Source of the DNA: Mycoplasmatales bacterium
GTDB lineage: Bacteria; Bacillota_I; Bacilli_A; Mycoplasmatales; MT37
Assembly (NCBI GenBank): GCA_965196725.1
Contig: OZ239770.1
Location: 130-64,129, forward strand
DNA length: 64,000 bases
Reading direction: 5' to 3'
Shown here: piece by piece, positions 45,084 to 55,669 of the stretch
Layout of the letters: each line of letters opens with the position of its first letter
How positions within the stretch are numbered: the stretch's first letter is position 1
The notes under the pieces: generated by a model
What the model saw: only the letters and a program-made list of their open reading frames with translations
What the model was told of the DNA's origin: nothing
The model's database searches: none
Translations under genes and position numbers: made by a program

Positions 45084-46230
45084 TTTGGATTTTATTTTGA
45101 AGATGGTGATAATAAGCGTTGCCAATTAAAAAATTATCTTCATAATCATCGAGTCCGACAAAATTATTATCAAGCGTTTTAATAATCAATTTTGGCGCTA
45201 GAGTCTGAAAACAAGCTTGAATTTGATTCACTAATGTTAATTTCCCAGAAAGAAGAAGGGAGAACTCACGACTGGTCAGTTTCCAATCTTGATGGAAGAA
45301 TTTTAAAAGCAAGCGGAAGTGTTTTTTTAAAAACTGGTTACAATGGTTAACAACATCTTCATAATGGGTTTTTAACCGTGGTTTGCGATGAAACAAACTT
45401 GCTTCAAAATCGGATAAATTTCGGATTTGAATTACATGAAAAAAATAATTTTTCGCATCTTCACGGGAAATCCTAAATTTATTTGCTAGGTCATGAAAAA
45501 GCGTCCCAAACCCAAAAGGAAAGGTTTTTTGTTTCAGATAAACATGTTTTTCAAAGTAAAACAACGTGGTTTTCTCCTCTTCTCAATGCAAAATAACGAC
45601 TTTCGAAGTTGGAAAAAACAATAAATTACCAACATAAATCGCATAAGGAAGTAAAACTGGTTTAGTTGGTTTCGCCTTCAAAAAACGAAAAATTTTTAAA
45701 TAAGTCGAAAGTACTTTTCAGTCAACTTGGTATAAAACACCACTAACTTGTAAATTACTAACCAAAGTATTGGCGGGAAATTGTTCACTTCTTTCCTGCT
45801 TATCAGGCAGAAAATAAGTTTGAGGTTGAAAAGAAAAATTTAAATACTTATCTTTTTGTTTTCAACTGCTTAAAACATCGCGCATAATATTGTTGAGATG
45901 GGTAAAATTGAGTTTAATTGGGCGGGGAAAGCGATGGTAATAACTATAATCGAGACGAATCTTAATTGAATCAGTGGGGAAATTATAACTAATTGATTTA
46001 ATCGATAATCCCAACAAACGATTGGCGTTTGTAATCAAACGATTTAAGAGAACAGTTTGTCAAGGACGAAATCAATAAAAAATGTGGTCATTCTTAACTA
46101 GTTTTTGGTTAAAAACGACGTAAAAAGTAGAAAGATGGTAATAAGCAACCAATAATTTTACTTCTTTATTGCCAAATTTAGCAACGGCGAAAAAATCTAA
46201 CTTTGAATTAAGAGCTGGAAAATTAAACAT
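45058..46230 (-). CDS. divergent FtsA-like / actin-fold cell-division protein (hypothetical)
   Basis: The ATG at 46230 overlaps the rsmH stop. Translates MFNFPALNSKLDFFAVAKFGNKEVKLLVAYY... and later ...FSLLLSGKLTLVNQIQ... It occupies the position of the FtsA-like gene that follows mraW in mycoplasma dcw clusters. The nucleotide-binding motifs are degenerate. Confidence 0.5.
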
Positions 46231-47098
46231 ATTCGACCGCACGTAATTTAGCGCTTCGAGCTTGCAAGTTTTGCGCTATTTCCTGTTGAGAAGCTAAACA
46301 TGGTTTGCGAGTTAACAATTTGGCAGACGTTAATGAGGCAAAAAAGATTTTCACAAGCCGATCTTCCAAGGAATGATATGTGATTATAACAATTCTTGTT
46401 CCGGATTTTTGAAATATCTGGGTTTGGGGTAAACCAATTTGGAGGGCATTTAATTCGTTATTAACGGCAATCCGCAGCGCTTGGAAAACTAAGCGAGCCG
46501 GATGGCGGGTTTGAAATAAGCGAGATGGCGGTAAACTTTTTTTAATCAGGGCAACTAATTGATGGGTGGTCCGAATTGGAGTTATTTGCCGGGCTTGACA
46601 GATTGCTTTAGCGATTGGAAAGGCTGCTTTTTCTTCCCCAAAAGTCTGAAAAATGCGTCTTAATTCTTGATAACTAGCTTGATTAACAATTGTGAAAGCC
46701 GATAATTTTTGGGTTGGATTCATGCGCATATCCAACGGTCCGTTTAATTGATAACTAAAACCACGATCAGCATTATAAATTTGTGCAGCAGAAAAACCTA
46801 AATCATACAAAAACCCATCCACTTTGGTAATCTGATGTTGAAAAAGCAAAGCTTTTAAAGCGATAAAATTCCCATGAATAAGAATTAAACGTCCGGGAAA
46901 AAAACTTAAACGGTTGCGAGCAAGCTGTAAACTTGCTGGATCCTGGTCAATTAAAACAAGCGTGGCTGCTTGATTTAATTGCTTGGCAAGGGCAAGACTA
47001 TGTCCGCCATGGCCGGCGGTACAATCAACGTAAGTTCCATTTGCTTTAACAGCAAGGAAACGAATAACTTCGGGTAATAAAACAGGTTGATGCAACAC
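46223..47098 (-). CDS. rsmH: 16S rRNA (cytosine1402-N4)-methyltransferase
   Basis: A single ORF: MLHQPVLLPEVIRFL...YVDCTAGHGGHS...DGFLYDLGFSAAQI...SYHSLEDRLVK. Confidence 0.93.
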   Translation of the reverse strand: MLHQPVLLPEVIRFLAVKANGTYVDCTAGHGGHSLALAKQLNQAATLVLIDQDPASLQLARNRLSFFPGRLILIHGNFIALKALLFQHQITKVDGFLYDLGFSAAQIYNADRGFSYQLNGPLDMRMNPTQKLSAFTIVNQASYQELRRIFQTFGEEKAAFPIAKAICQARQITPIRTTHQLVALIKKSLPPSRLFQTRHPARLVFQALRIAVNNELNALQIGLPQTQIFQKSGTRIVIITYHSLEDRLVKIFFASLTSAKLLTRKPCLASQQEIAQNLQARSAKLRAVEYV

Positions 47099-47118
47099 TT
47101 CTTAAAAAGAGCTTCAAG

Positions 47119-47310
47119 TTATTTGGCGGGTTTGGTTGAAATTGTTAAGATTTTTTTTCCTTTATAAAAGCCGCATTTTGAGCAGACACGATGAGTTTGA
47201 CGGACAAATCCACATTTTGAGCAACTTGTTAGGGCTTGCATTTTTAACCCTTGATGAGAACGCCGTTGCCGTTTTTTTTGTTTCGATGTCCGATGCTTAG
47301 GAACAGCCAT
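47119..47310 (-). CDS. rpmF: 50S ribosomal protein L32
   Basis: Translates MAVPKHRTSKQKKRQRRSH... with the cysteine pair CSKCG...CSKCGFYKGKK. Confidence 0.93.
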   Translation of the reverse strand: MAVPKHRTSKQKKRQRRSHQGLKMQALTSCSKCGFVRQTHRVCSKCGFYKGKKILTISTKPAK

Positions 47311-47358
47311 ATTTTTTTTCCTTTATTTAAATGACTTTTATAAAATCTTAACTACTTC

Positions 47359-49509
47359 CTAGATTTTAACATTTTTTAGAAATTTTAAGCAATTTTTTAC
47401 CTTTACGGTCAGTTTTGCTTGAATTGCGCCCTTTGCTTTTGGATCAGTAATTTTTCAAACAACCCGGATCGTCAGTCTGTGTTGTTTATAGATGTCCAAA
47501 ATTTTAACATTAACAATCCGTTTGTCAGCAAGCAAAACAGTTTGTGCTAACAATTGTAATAAATCAAATTTAAAAGTTTGGCCTTTAAGGGTTTTAACCG
47601 GATAAAGCTGTAATAAAGCAGCAAAATTAAGCGTTAAATCAAACCAAGCAAACTGTTGTTGCATCTGATCTTGGGAGAGTAAGGGAAGATATTTATTATT
47701 CGATGTCGTCTGCTTAGTAATCTGAACAAAAAGGGTGTAATCAAGTGTCAGATAAGGAACTAACATAACTTGATCTCGTTGCGTCGTCGTTCGTTTCAAT
47801 CCAAGTTGCGCAAGGGGTTGAAAACCATTTTTAGTTTGATAGGAAATGATATTAACTAAAGAAGGATTGCTTTGCTTTAACAAAGTGAAAGGTGGCAATT
47901 GAAGTTTAAGGGGAGAAAGATCAAATTCCAAGATTAATTTTTTCACAAGTTGCAAAAAAGTGGCTTGAGTCTCTCGTTGTTGCAATAATTCATTGGTTTT
48001 CAATGGAGGTAAAACAGCAGCAAAAAGTTGCTTTTCCTGTTTGTTTTCTCAAATAGTATCAAGCGCAAACAAGGGACGAGCAAATTTAGTTGTTAAGGCA
48101 ACTAAATAGGGAAGAAAAGTCTCTTCTAGTTGATAATACGGATTGGTAAACGATGGTTTTTGGATTAGTAATGGTATGCGCGCTTCAATAAAAGCCCCAG
48201 CTTTCCAAAAAGCAGTAAATTTTAAGGCGGTTTGCAAAATAGAATTATCCGGTTGCTGATTTGGTAAATCAGTTGGGAATAAAGGTTGGGAAGGAAGATT
48301 TTGATAACCTGATAAGCGCAGAATTTCGCCAATTAATTCAAATTGATCATTTAAACAATGGGTTAAAGGAAGGGTAAAGTGTCAAACTTGCTTTTTTTGA
48401 ACAATTTTTCAAGTGGTAAGATCAAATAATTTTTTCACAGCGGAAAAAGTTCATTTTTGACCACTGATCCGAATTAATTCCGCCGGATCTAAGATAATTA
48501 TCTGGCGAATGGGAAAAGGGAGTTTAGTCACATTGGCAACTAAATCAACTTGCAGTTGATTAAAAAGACGACTTAAATGAGCAAATGTTATGAAACGATA
48601 TACTGGTGGTAACTTGTTTAGACCAAAAACTTCGGGGATACGTAACAAAAATGCTTGGTTGGTTGTGGTTAATTGTTCGGTTCAGGTTTCGGTGGTTGCT
48701 TTCAACGGTTTAAATTCCAATTTGCAACCGCTAAATAAATAAAAATAAGCGCTTAAATCAGCGGTAAAATTGTTGGTGAAAAGCTTTAAGCGTTTTAAAG
48801 TATCTATCATTGGCAACGGCAAATTTAACGATTTGGTGGTTTTAATTAACAAAAGTAAGGCAGTTTTTTTGGTTGGAAACGGAAAGGGTGCTTTTAAGGT
48901 TTGAAAAGGTGGGAAAAAAGGCAAATCATTTAACGGCAATTTTCAATATTGTGCTAAGTAGGTTGTTAACCCAAAATAATTGCTTAAATGCCGAGTTTGA
49001 AAGGTAAATTCTAGTTTTCAAATCACATCAGCGAGTGTTAAATATTGAAGGGGGTTTAAACTACCAAGTTCGGCCGAACTTGGTAAGATAACAATCTGAT
49101 TAGTTCGGGATTGGAACGGAATTAATTCATCAAGCGCACAAATCATCCCATTCGAACGCATGCCGGCAAAATTCGCTTTGCTAATTTTAATTCCATTAAA
49201 TAAAATAGCCTTTGGTAAAGCAAAAATCACTTTCGCATGCAAAGTCAAGTTTTGCGCACCACAAACGACTTGATATTGACCATGAAGCCCAGTATCAACT
49301 TGACAAACGGTCAAATTAGTTTTTTGTGGATGAGGTTTGAGCGCTAAAATTTGGGCAACAACAATTTTTTGATTGGCGGTAAAATCATTGCGAATAATTT
49401 GCGGTTCAAAACCAAGTCAAGCAAACGCATCGGTAAAAGCTTGAACTGATTTCGTTCGAAAAGCGGTTTGAGTTTTAAACCATAAATAACTAAAATGCGT
49501 ATTTTTCAT
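47359..49509 (-). CDS. pheT: phenylalanyl-tRNA synthetase beta subunit
   Basis: ATG is at 49509 ([13 protein letters not shown]...). Five same-frame fragments join via TGA. It has an N-terminal tRNA-binding domain (VVAQILALKPHPQKTNLTVCQVDTG). TAG is at 47359-47361. Confidence 0.9.
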
Positions 49510-50581
49510 CCTTAATTCAAACTTCCTGCGTTAAGTCACGAATATCACGAATTTGATATTTAACCATGGCAATTCTTTCAATGCCGATTCCGAACGCTAA
49601 AATGACGGGATGATCGGCAATTTGGCATTTTTGCAGGACATTTTTGTGAATGACGCCGGCGCCCAGAATCTCAATTCAACCAGTCCCTTTACAAATTGAA
49701 CAGGTTAAGCCGGGACATTGTAAACATTTTAAATCCATTTCCAATGATGGTTCCGTAAAAGGGAAATAGTTGGGACGAAAGCGAACAGTTACTTGCTGAC
49801 CGAATAAAAATTGTGCCATTGTTGTCAAAAACCCTTTTAACTTGGCAAGATTTAAATTTTTTCCTCACATACAACCATCAAGTTGAATAAATTTCGGAAC
49901 ATGGGTGGCATCATCGGTATCATTGCGATAAACATTACCAATTGTATAGGCAAAAAAATTATGGTTTGCTAGTTGATGATAATAAGTTTGTAAGATGTGA
50001 CTGGTAAAATTGGTGGTATGCGTTCTTAAAACCATTTTTGGATCAATAAAAAAACAACCAGCCGGATCATAGGCCGGATGATCAGGGTCAATATTGAGGG
50101 TCGAAAAATTATTTTGCACGGTTGTAAGTTCGGAAACACGTAAAAATTGAAATTGATGACGAGCAAAAAAATGATGCAAGGCGTTGATAAGATTGGTTAA
50201 AGGATGAAAATTACCGCTAGTTGGATTCCAGACAGCAGAACGCAAAAATTGATTGGAGAGAGAAACAGTGGGAAAAGTTTGCGCTAATAAAGGCGGAAGT
50301 TCAAAGGCAAACGAAGATGAAACAACTGGCAACTGATAAGTTTGGAGTTGTTTTGCCACCTCCATTTTTCAATTCGCAAAAGCTGGACTAAACCTTTGTT
50401 TATCCGCCGGGGAAAAAGCATTAAAAGTTTGCACAACAACACTATGGCGACCAAGAAAGGTTCTGCGGAGCTGTGAGATTGATTGTTGATTCTGACAGGT
50501 GATTAGACGGGATTGAAAAAGACGGGTCTGACTTTCTAATAATTGCGGAAAAGAAACGGGTTTAACTGACATCAGATTCAT
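49490..50581 (-). CDS. pheS: phenylalanyl-tRNA synthetase alpha subunit
   Basis: It contains [37 protein letters not shown] and [22 protein letters not shown]. The N-terminal part (ORF 50369..50620) is in the same frame via TGA. The start is ATG 50581 or 50572. The stop overlaps the pheT start by 20 nt. Confidence 0.9.
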
Positions 50582-51740
50582 CACTTTCAAGTGGGGAAAG
50601 CGAGTTGGTTGGAACAGCATTATTTAAAGTTGATGATGGGGGAAAGGAAGTTTGATCAGCGCTATCATCTTTATGGGGATTAGCTAAAAGAATTCTGGTT
50701 AGTTTTTTCGAAATTTTTTCAAAACTAATCTGAAACCGGTGAAAATTAGTTTCAAAAGTGCCAAAGTTTTTATTAATTCCGGCAAAGCGTTCTTGCAAAC
50801 GCTGTCAATCTTTTTGAAAATGCTGTAATAATTGCAAAATTTGCTTAATGTTTTTTTGAATATTATGTCTTTCAATCACTTTGTTAATAATTTGCAAAAC
50901 AATTGGTAAAGTGTTTGGTCCGACTAAATAAACTTTATGTTGATGGGCAAAGCGATCTAAATTACTTAAATCATTGTTAGCATAAATAAATTCAAACAAT
51001 GGTTGAGAAGGAAGATATAACAAAGCAACGGCGGTATTATCTTTCTCGGAAACATATTTACTAACATCTTGAATATGCTTCCGTAACTTGGTTTTTAAAT
51101 CACTTAAAGTGGTACGACGTTCATCATCATTGCGCGGATTAAACAGCGCTTCCGTATTAATGAGTGGAAACTTACTATCAATCGGAATATTAGATTGGGG
51201 AGCGTGAATAAAAACATCGGCACGTTTCCCATTTTTCATTTGATATTGGGTATTAACAACTTTCGCATTGTTACCAAAAACAGCATGCAAAATATAGTTT
51301 AAAGTCGTTTCACCACTTGAACCACGCCGAGAACTATTAAAAAAAACTTTGGTTAAATCATCAAATTGTTCGGTTAAGCGACGATTATCCTGACTAGTGT
51401 TTTCCAGTTTATTGTCAATTGTGGTTAAATTAGTTAATAATTTATGGTAATTAGCACCCAAAGTTTGAAAATTTTTATTCAGTTCTTGATTGGTGGTTTG
51501 TTCAATTGTAATTTTATCGGCAAAAGCACGAAATTGGTCGCGTAAATCAGATTGTTTGGTATCAAGGGTTGTCAAAACCGTTTGAATTTTCAACATTTCT
51601 TCCGAACTAGCAAGAGTTGCTTTCCTTTGTTCTTGTTGGAAGTTTAATTTTTGGTTGGTTTTTCAAACAAACAAACCTGTTATCAAGATTGAAACCAAAG
51701 CAGCAAGAGCGGAAAGCGATAAAATTAAAACTGTTATCAT
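50562..51740 (-). CDS. rmuC: DNA recombination protein RmuC with N-terminal TM helix
   Basis: ATG is at 51740 (MITVLILSLSALAALVSILITGLFVW...). A coiled coil is followed by the nuclease-like core (GETTLNYILH...ADVFIHAP...IDSKFPL). The C-terminal tail is rich in Ser, Pro and acidic residues and is reached via TGA at 50805. Confidence 0.8.
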
Positions 51741-51761
51741 CACTAAAAATTATTAATCTGG

Positions 51762-52109
51762 TTACTTTTGGGTCATTTTTACCAAATTAGCAAACACTTG
51801 CGGTTGTTCAACAGCTAAAAGAGCAAGCATTTTGCGATTTAAACGAACATCAATCCGTTTTAAACCATGAATAAAATCACGATAATTACTTTTTGCTAAA
51901 CGAGTGGCAGCCCCAATGCGAGTAATTCATAGACGACGAAAATCACGTTTACGATTCCGACGATCACGATAAGCATAACTTAACGAATGTAACAACTGTT
52001 CATTAGCAACCCGGAACAAAGCATGTTTGGAACCAACATAACCTTTCGCAAGCTTTAAGACCTTTTTATGACGTTTTCTGGTAACGGGACCTGTTTTAAC
52101 TCGTGGCAT
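51762..52109 (-). CDS. rplT: 50S ribosomal protein L20
   Basis: Translates [38 protein letters not shown]... and extends via TGA to ...LVKMTQK, then TAA at 51762-51764. Confidence 0.95.
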
Positions 52110-52112
52110 AAT

Positions 52113-52451
52113 TTATTTTGCTTCGGATTCCGCTTTCGGTTTTGGTGCTTCGTTATTCTTTTTCTCTAAACGAGCAATTTCACTTTTTAATTCGTTGAAT
52201 TGTTTTTTACTTTCCTCTTCTTTAATTTTCTCGCGCAAATTGAGATAGTAAACTAATCCAATTAAACCAGTAAGAATAACACCAACAATAACCATTCATG
52301 TTTTCTTACTTTTGGCACCGATCCGAATCAAACGGTAACCAACGATCAAAAAAATCACCAAAACGACAAGAATAATCAATAAAAGAGTTGGATTATTTCA
52401 TCAAATACTTCACGATGTGTCCGTTGTGCTTGTTTCTACTAAATATTTCAT
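52113..52451 (-). CDS. hypothetical 112-aa two-TM protein inserted between rpmI and rplT
   Basis: I checked the frame codon by codon: MKYLVETSTTDTSWSIWWNNPTLLLIILVVLVIFLIVGYRLIRIGAKSKKTWMVIVGVILTGLIGLVYYLNLREKIKEEESKKQFNELKSEIARLEKKNNEAPKPKAESEAK. The stop lies 3 nt before the rplT ATG. Confidence 0.65.
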
Positions 52452-52485
52452 ATTTTTTTAATTCCTCTTTGTTTTATATGTGTAA

Positions 52486-52677
52486 TTAAATCAATTTTTT
52501 CAGACGTTTATAATCGGCTGGTTTCACAAGTGCTTTTCCATCCAAACGCTGTTTTTGTTGTTTGGTTTTACTGGCAGCTAAGTGAGAAGTGTGGGCATTA
52601 CCACGTATTCATTTTGCGGTTCCAGTAATTTTAATCCTTTTTCGGAGCGCTTTTTTCGTCTTAAACTTCATTTTCAT
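52486..52677 (-). CDS. rpmI: 50S ribosomal protein L35
   Basis: Translates MKMKFKTKKALRKRIKITGTAKWIRGNAHTSHLAASKTKQQKQRLDGKALVKPADYKRLKKLI. It is absent from the ORF track because of an internal TGA. Confidence 0.9.
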
Positions 52678-52730
52678 TTAAACAATAAATCAGAAAAAGT
52701 TAAATTTTTTCCCTTGATTTAATTCCTTCA

Positions 52731-53342
52731 TTATTTTATCCTACTTTTTCTCATTTTGCTTGGTTTGTTCTTTGGAAGCAGTTGTTTTTTAAGTGGTTTA
52801 AATTGAATAAAATAAGCGTTTCCCTTTCTTTGCCATGGTTTGTCTTCAACACCAAACTGCGTTACCGCTTCAACAAAAGCATTAAATTTAGCTAATCCAA
52901 AATCTTTAATGTATTTTTCGCGTCCCCGCAAGAACATGCGAACACGAACAGTATGCCCTTTTTGCAAAAATTGAATTGTTCGTTTTAAGCGTAATTCAAG
53001 GTCATTTTCAGCAATTTGGGCAAAAAAGCGCACTTCTTTAATTACATTGAGATTACTTTTTTTTGTTGCTTTTTTCAGCGCTTTTTGCTGTTCGTATAAA
53101 TACTTGCTTAAATCAATCAAACGGCAAACAGGATTTTGAGCATTATCCGACAATAAGATTAAATCTAATCCTAATGCATGTGCTTTTGCTAATGCTTCGC
53201 TTTTACTTAAACGTCCTAGATTTTTGCCAGTTTGATCAATTACAATAAAGACTGGATAAGGAATCTTATCATTACTAATTGGTTTTGGTGGTTTTTTGCT
53301 ATTCAAAATAGTGAAGATGTTTTGATAATCTGATAGTCTCAT
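52731..53342 (-). CDS. infC: translation initiation factor IF-3
   Basis: A single ORF: ..FIVIDQTGKNLGRLSKSEALAKAHALGLDLILLS.NAQNPVCRLID..KEVRF...IAENDLELRLKRTIQFLQKGHTVRV. The annotated ATG gives about a 25-aa N-terminal extension, so a downstream non-ATG start is possible. Confidence 0.92.
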   Translation of the reverse strand: MRLSDYQNIFTILNSKKPPKPISNDKIPYPVFIVIDQTGKNLGRLSKSEALAKAHALGLDLILLSDNAQNPVCRLIDLSKYLYEQQKALKKATKKSNLNVIKEVRFFAQIAENDLELRLKRTIQFLQKGHTVRVRMFLRGREKYIKDFGLAKFNAFVEAVTQFGVEDKPWQRKGNAYFIQFKPLKKQLLPKNKPSKMRKSRIK

Positions 53343-53419
53343 TTTAACACAATAATACTATGTAGCGAATAGATTGCCGAAAAAGAGGATGCTTGATTTA
53401 AAACAATTAATCCAATTAA

Positions 53420-55146
53420 TTAGTCTTTATGAGCAATCATTTTTAGGCAAAAATCAATAAACGGTAAAGGATCAAGCGTTTTTTTATGGTTACGATTAGA
53501 AGCAAGTTGATAAGTTAACTGGTTGTTTTGATATTCTTTGGCGCCGATAAAAACCCGAATTGGCACTTTTTGCACCCAGGTTAGGCGGACATTTTCTGCC
53601 AAGGTTGAATCAGACGAAGCAATTTCGCTTCGTAACTGATAACGTTGAAAAAGGGCATGCATTCGTCTCACGTAATTAATTAGTTCAACACTTGCTTGTA
53701 AGGGAATTAAAACGATTTGCACAGGTGATAATCAAAACGGTAATCAACCATTATTTTGCTCCATCAAAATAACCAGTAATCGTTCGTATGTTCCAATTAA
53801 ACCGTGATGAATTAAAATTGGTTCCGCATATTTAGGCTCTGATGCAGTTTTCAGGCGATATTTCAAACCAAACCGGTTGCTTAAAACAAAGTCTAATTGC
53901 AAAGTTGAAATCGTAATATTGTGTCCTAAAGCAGTGTCAATTTGAAAGTCGATTTTAGGACCATAAAAAGCGGCTTCCCCTTTTTTTAACTGGTATTTAA
54001 GCTGTTTTTCCTCTAAAACGGTGCGTAAAAGAGCGGTTGTCGTTTTTCATAACCGGGGTAAGTTCACAAATTTTGTCGGTTTAGCATCATTAATTGAAAG
54101 ATAAATCTCGCGAATTTTAATTTTTAACGCTTTTAAAACGGTTTGGGTTAAATCCAGACATTTCCCTAGCTCTTTTTTAATCACTTCATCATCAACGGGT
54201 AGAAAAAGATGACTATCTTTTAATTCCATTTGTCTAACTCTTTCCATGCCTAATAAAGCGCCACTTGCTTCCTGGCGAAAAAGGAGGGAGTTTTCGGAAA
54301 AACGGAGCGGCAAACTAGCATATGAACGCGGTTCGGAGGCAAAAAGCAAACAATGATGCGGACATGTCATTGGCCGCAAATACAAAGCTTCGTTTTTTCG
54401 TTTAAGACAGGAAACATATAATCTTTGTAATGCTTTAAGTGGTTGCTGGTTTCATACATTGATTGACTACCTAAAATCGGGGTTTCAACATAAGTAAACC
54501 CGGCGGCCTGTTCAAGTGCAAAAACAAATTGACGAATTAAGTTTTTCACCAATAAACCACGTGGCAATCAATATGGCAAACCAGCACCATTTTGATCATT
54601 AAAAACGAAAAATTTGAGCGTTTTATTCAGAAAACGATGATCGGCAGGCAAAGGAACGGGTTTTGCTTGGTTTAATTTTAATGTTAAACGATGATAAACA
54701 ATCTCATCTTCAGTAAAAGTGGAAAGATTAGTCAACTGAACGGTTTGAAGCGACAAAGTGGTTAACACTGGTAATTCAATCGTGATTTTTTGACCGGCGA
54801 AATTAAAATGTAAAAAAGGTAAAACTAAGTTTTGAACTGGTAAACTTAAGTTTTGAACTGGTTGTTTTGGCAGTTTTTTCCACGTTTGCCGTAAAGTTTT
54901 TAATTTTAAAAGTTGTTTATGTTGAAAAACAATGTTAGCTTCATTATCAGTAACTTTAATTGTTTGTAATTGTGCTAATTTGAGATTATGCAGAACAAAA
55001 AGACTGCTTCCAACTAGCTGGATCACTGCTTGATCATCATGATCACATTCATAAAGTAGATGCCCGTTGACAAGGTGATTTTGCTGGGTCAAAATAACTT
55101 GATTTTGCTGTTTAAAAATGTAGATGGAAAGGTTTGTTTTAGTCAT
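53420..55146 (-). CDS. thrS: threonyl-tRNA synthetase, interrupted by a 1-nt frameshift at an A6 run (plus-strand T6 at 54393-54398)
   Basis: The N-terminal part (55146 to about 54394) ends ...HYKDYMFPVLNEK. The catalytic and anticodon-binding part, in the -1 frame relative to the N-terminal part, continues NEALYLRPMTCPHHCLLF...RFSENSLLFRQEASGALLGMERVRQMELKDSHLF...FYGPKIDF.. to TAA at 53420. The N-terminal frame turns to nonsense after 54367. Confidence 0.88.
54820..54861. repeat. 21-bp tandem duplication inside the thrS N-terminal region
   Basis: Two adjacent units, taaaactaagttttgaactgg and taaacttaagttttgaactgg, differ at 2 positions. They encode PVQNLSL / PVQNLVL. Confidence 0.8.
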
Positions 55147-55669
55147 TTTGATCTAAATATCCAATAAAAGGTAAATTCCGCTTTTGTTCATAAATATCAA
55201 GTCCAAACCCAACCAAAAAAAGTTTGGTTGGACTTTTGAAGATAAAAAAATCAGGTTTAATTAAATTATTTTTTGGTTTGAAAATTAAACTGACAATTTT
55301 AATTTCTCGTGGTTGTTTTGGTTGTAAATGATCGATAACCAATTCAATTGTCTTGCCGCTTTCAATTACATCATCAATCACTAAAACCACATGATTTGTC
55401 AAATTAACAGCGGTATCTAAAATAAGGCGGGGAGTTTTTAAGGGTTGTTTTTGACCGGCATATGAACTAATAATCATAAAATCCATAATTAGTTCAAACT
55501 TTAAATGCTTAATCAATTCTAATAAAAACGGCAAACAACCTTTTAAAACTCCTACTAAAACAACCGGTTTTGCTGATTGTTGATAATGGTGATTAAGCGT
55601 TTTCGCAAGCTTTTTAATCCCTTCTAAAATTTGTTTTTGGCTAAATAAAGGAGTGATTTTGGGTTCCAT
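55139..55669 (-). CDS. hpt: hypoxanthine-guanine phosphoribosyltransferase (paralog 1)
   Basis: A single ORF. The PRPP loop reads VVLVIDDVIESGKT. It has a C-terminal FLVGFGLDIYEQKRNLPFIGYL. The ATG overlaps the metG stop (TAATG). Confidence 0.9.
   Translation of the reverse strand: MEPKITPLFSQKQILEGIKKLAKTLNHHYQQSAKPVVLVGVLKGCLPFLLELIKHLKFELIMDFMIISSYAGQKQPLKTPRLILDTAVNLTNHVVLVIDDVIESGKTIELVIDHLQPKQPREIKIVSLIFKPKNNLIKPDFFIFKSPTKLFLVGFGLDIYEQKRNLPFIGYLDQND

Noticed and set aside
53343-53419. The 77-nt leader upstream of infC is a possible L20-binding ribosomal-protein leader structure.
   Set aside because: I could not fold a convincing pseudoknot or helix by eye, and I saw no recognisable conserved motif. 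I leave it unannotated. A covariance-model scan with the L20 leader model would settle it.
54820-54861. The 21-bp tandem repeat could be a regulatory or CRISPR-like element.
   Set aside because: There are only two copies, with no spacer, and they lie in frame inside thrS coding sequence. This is best explained as a small in-frame duplication.
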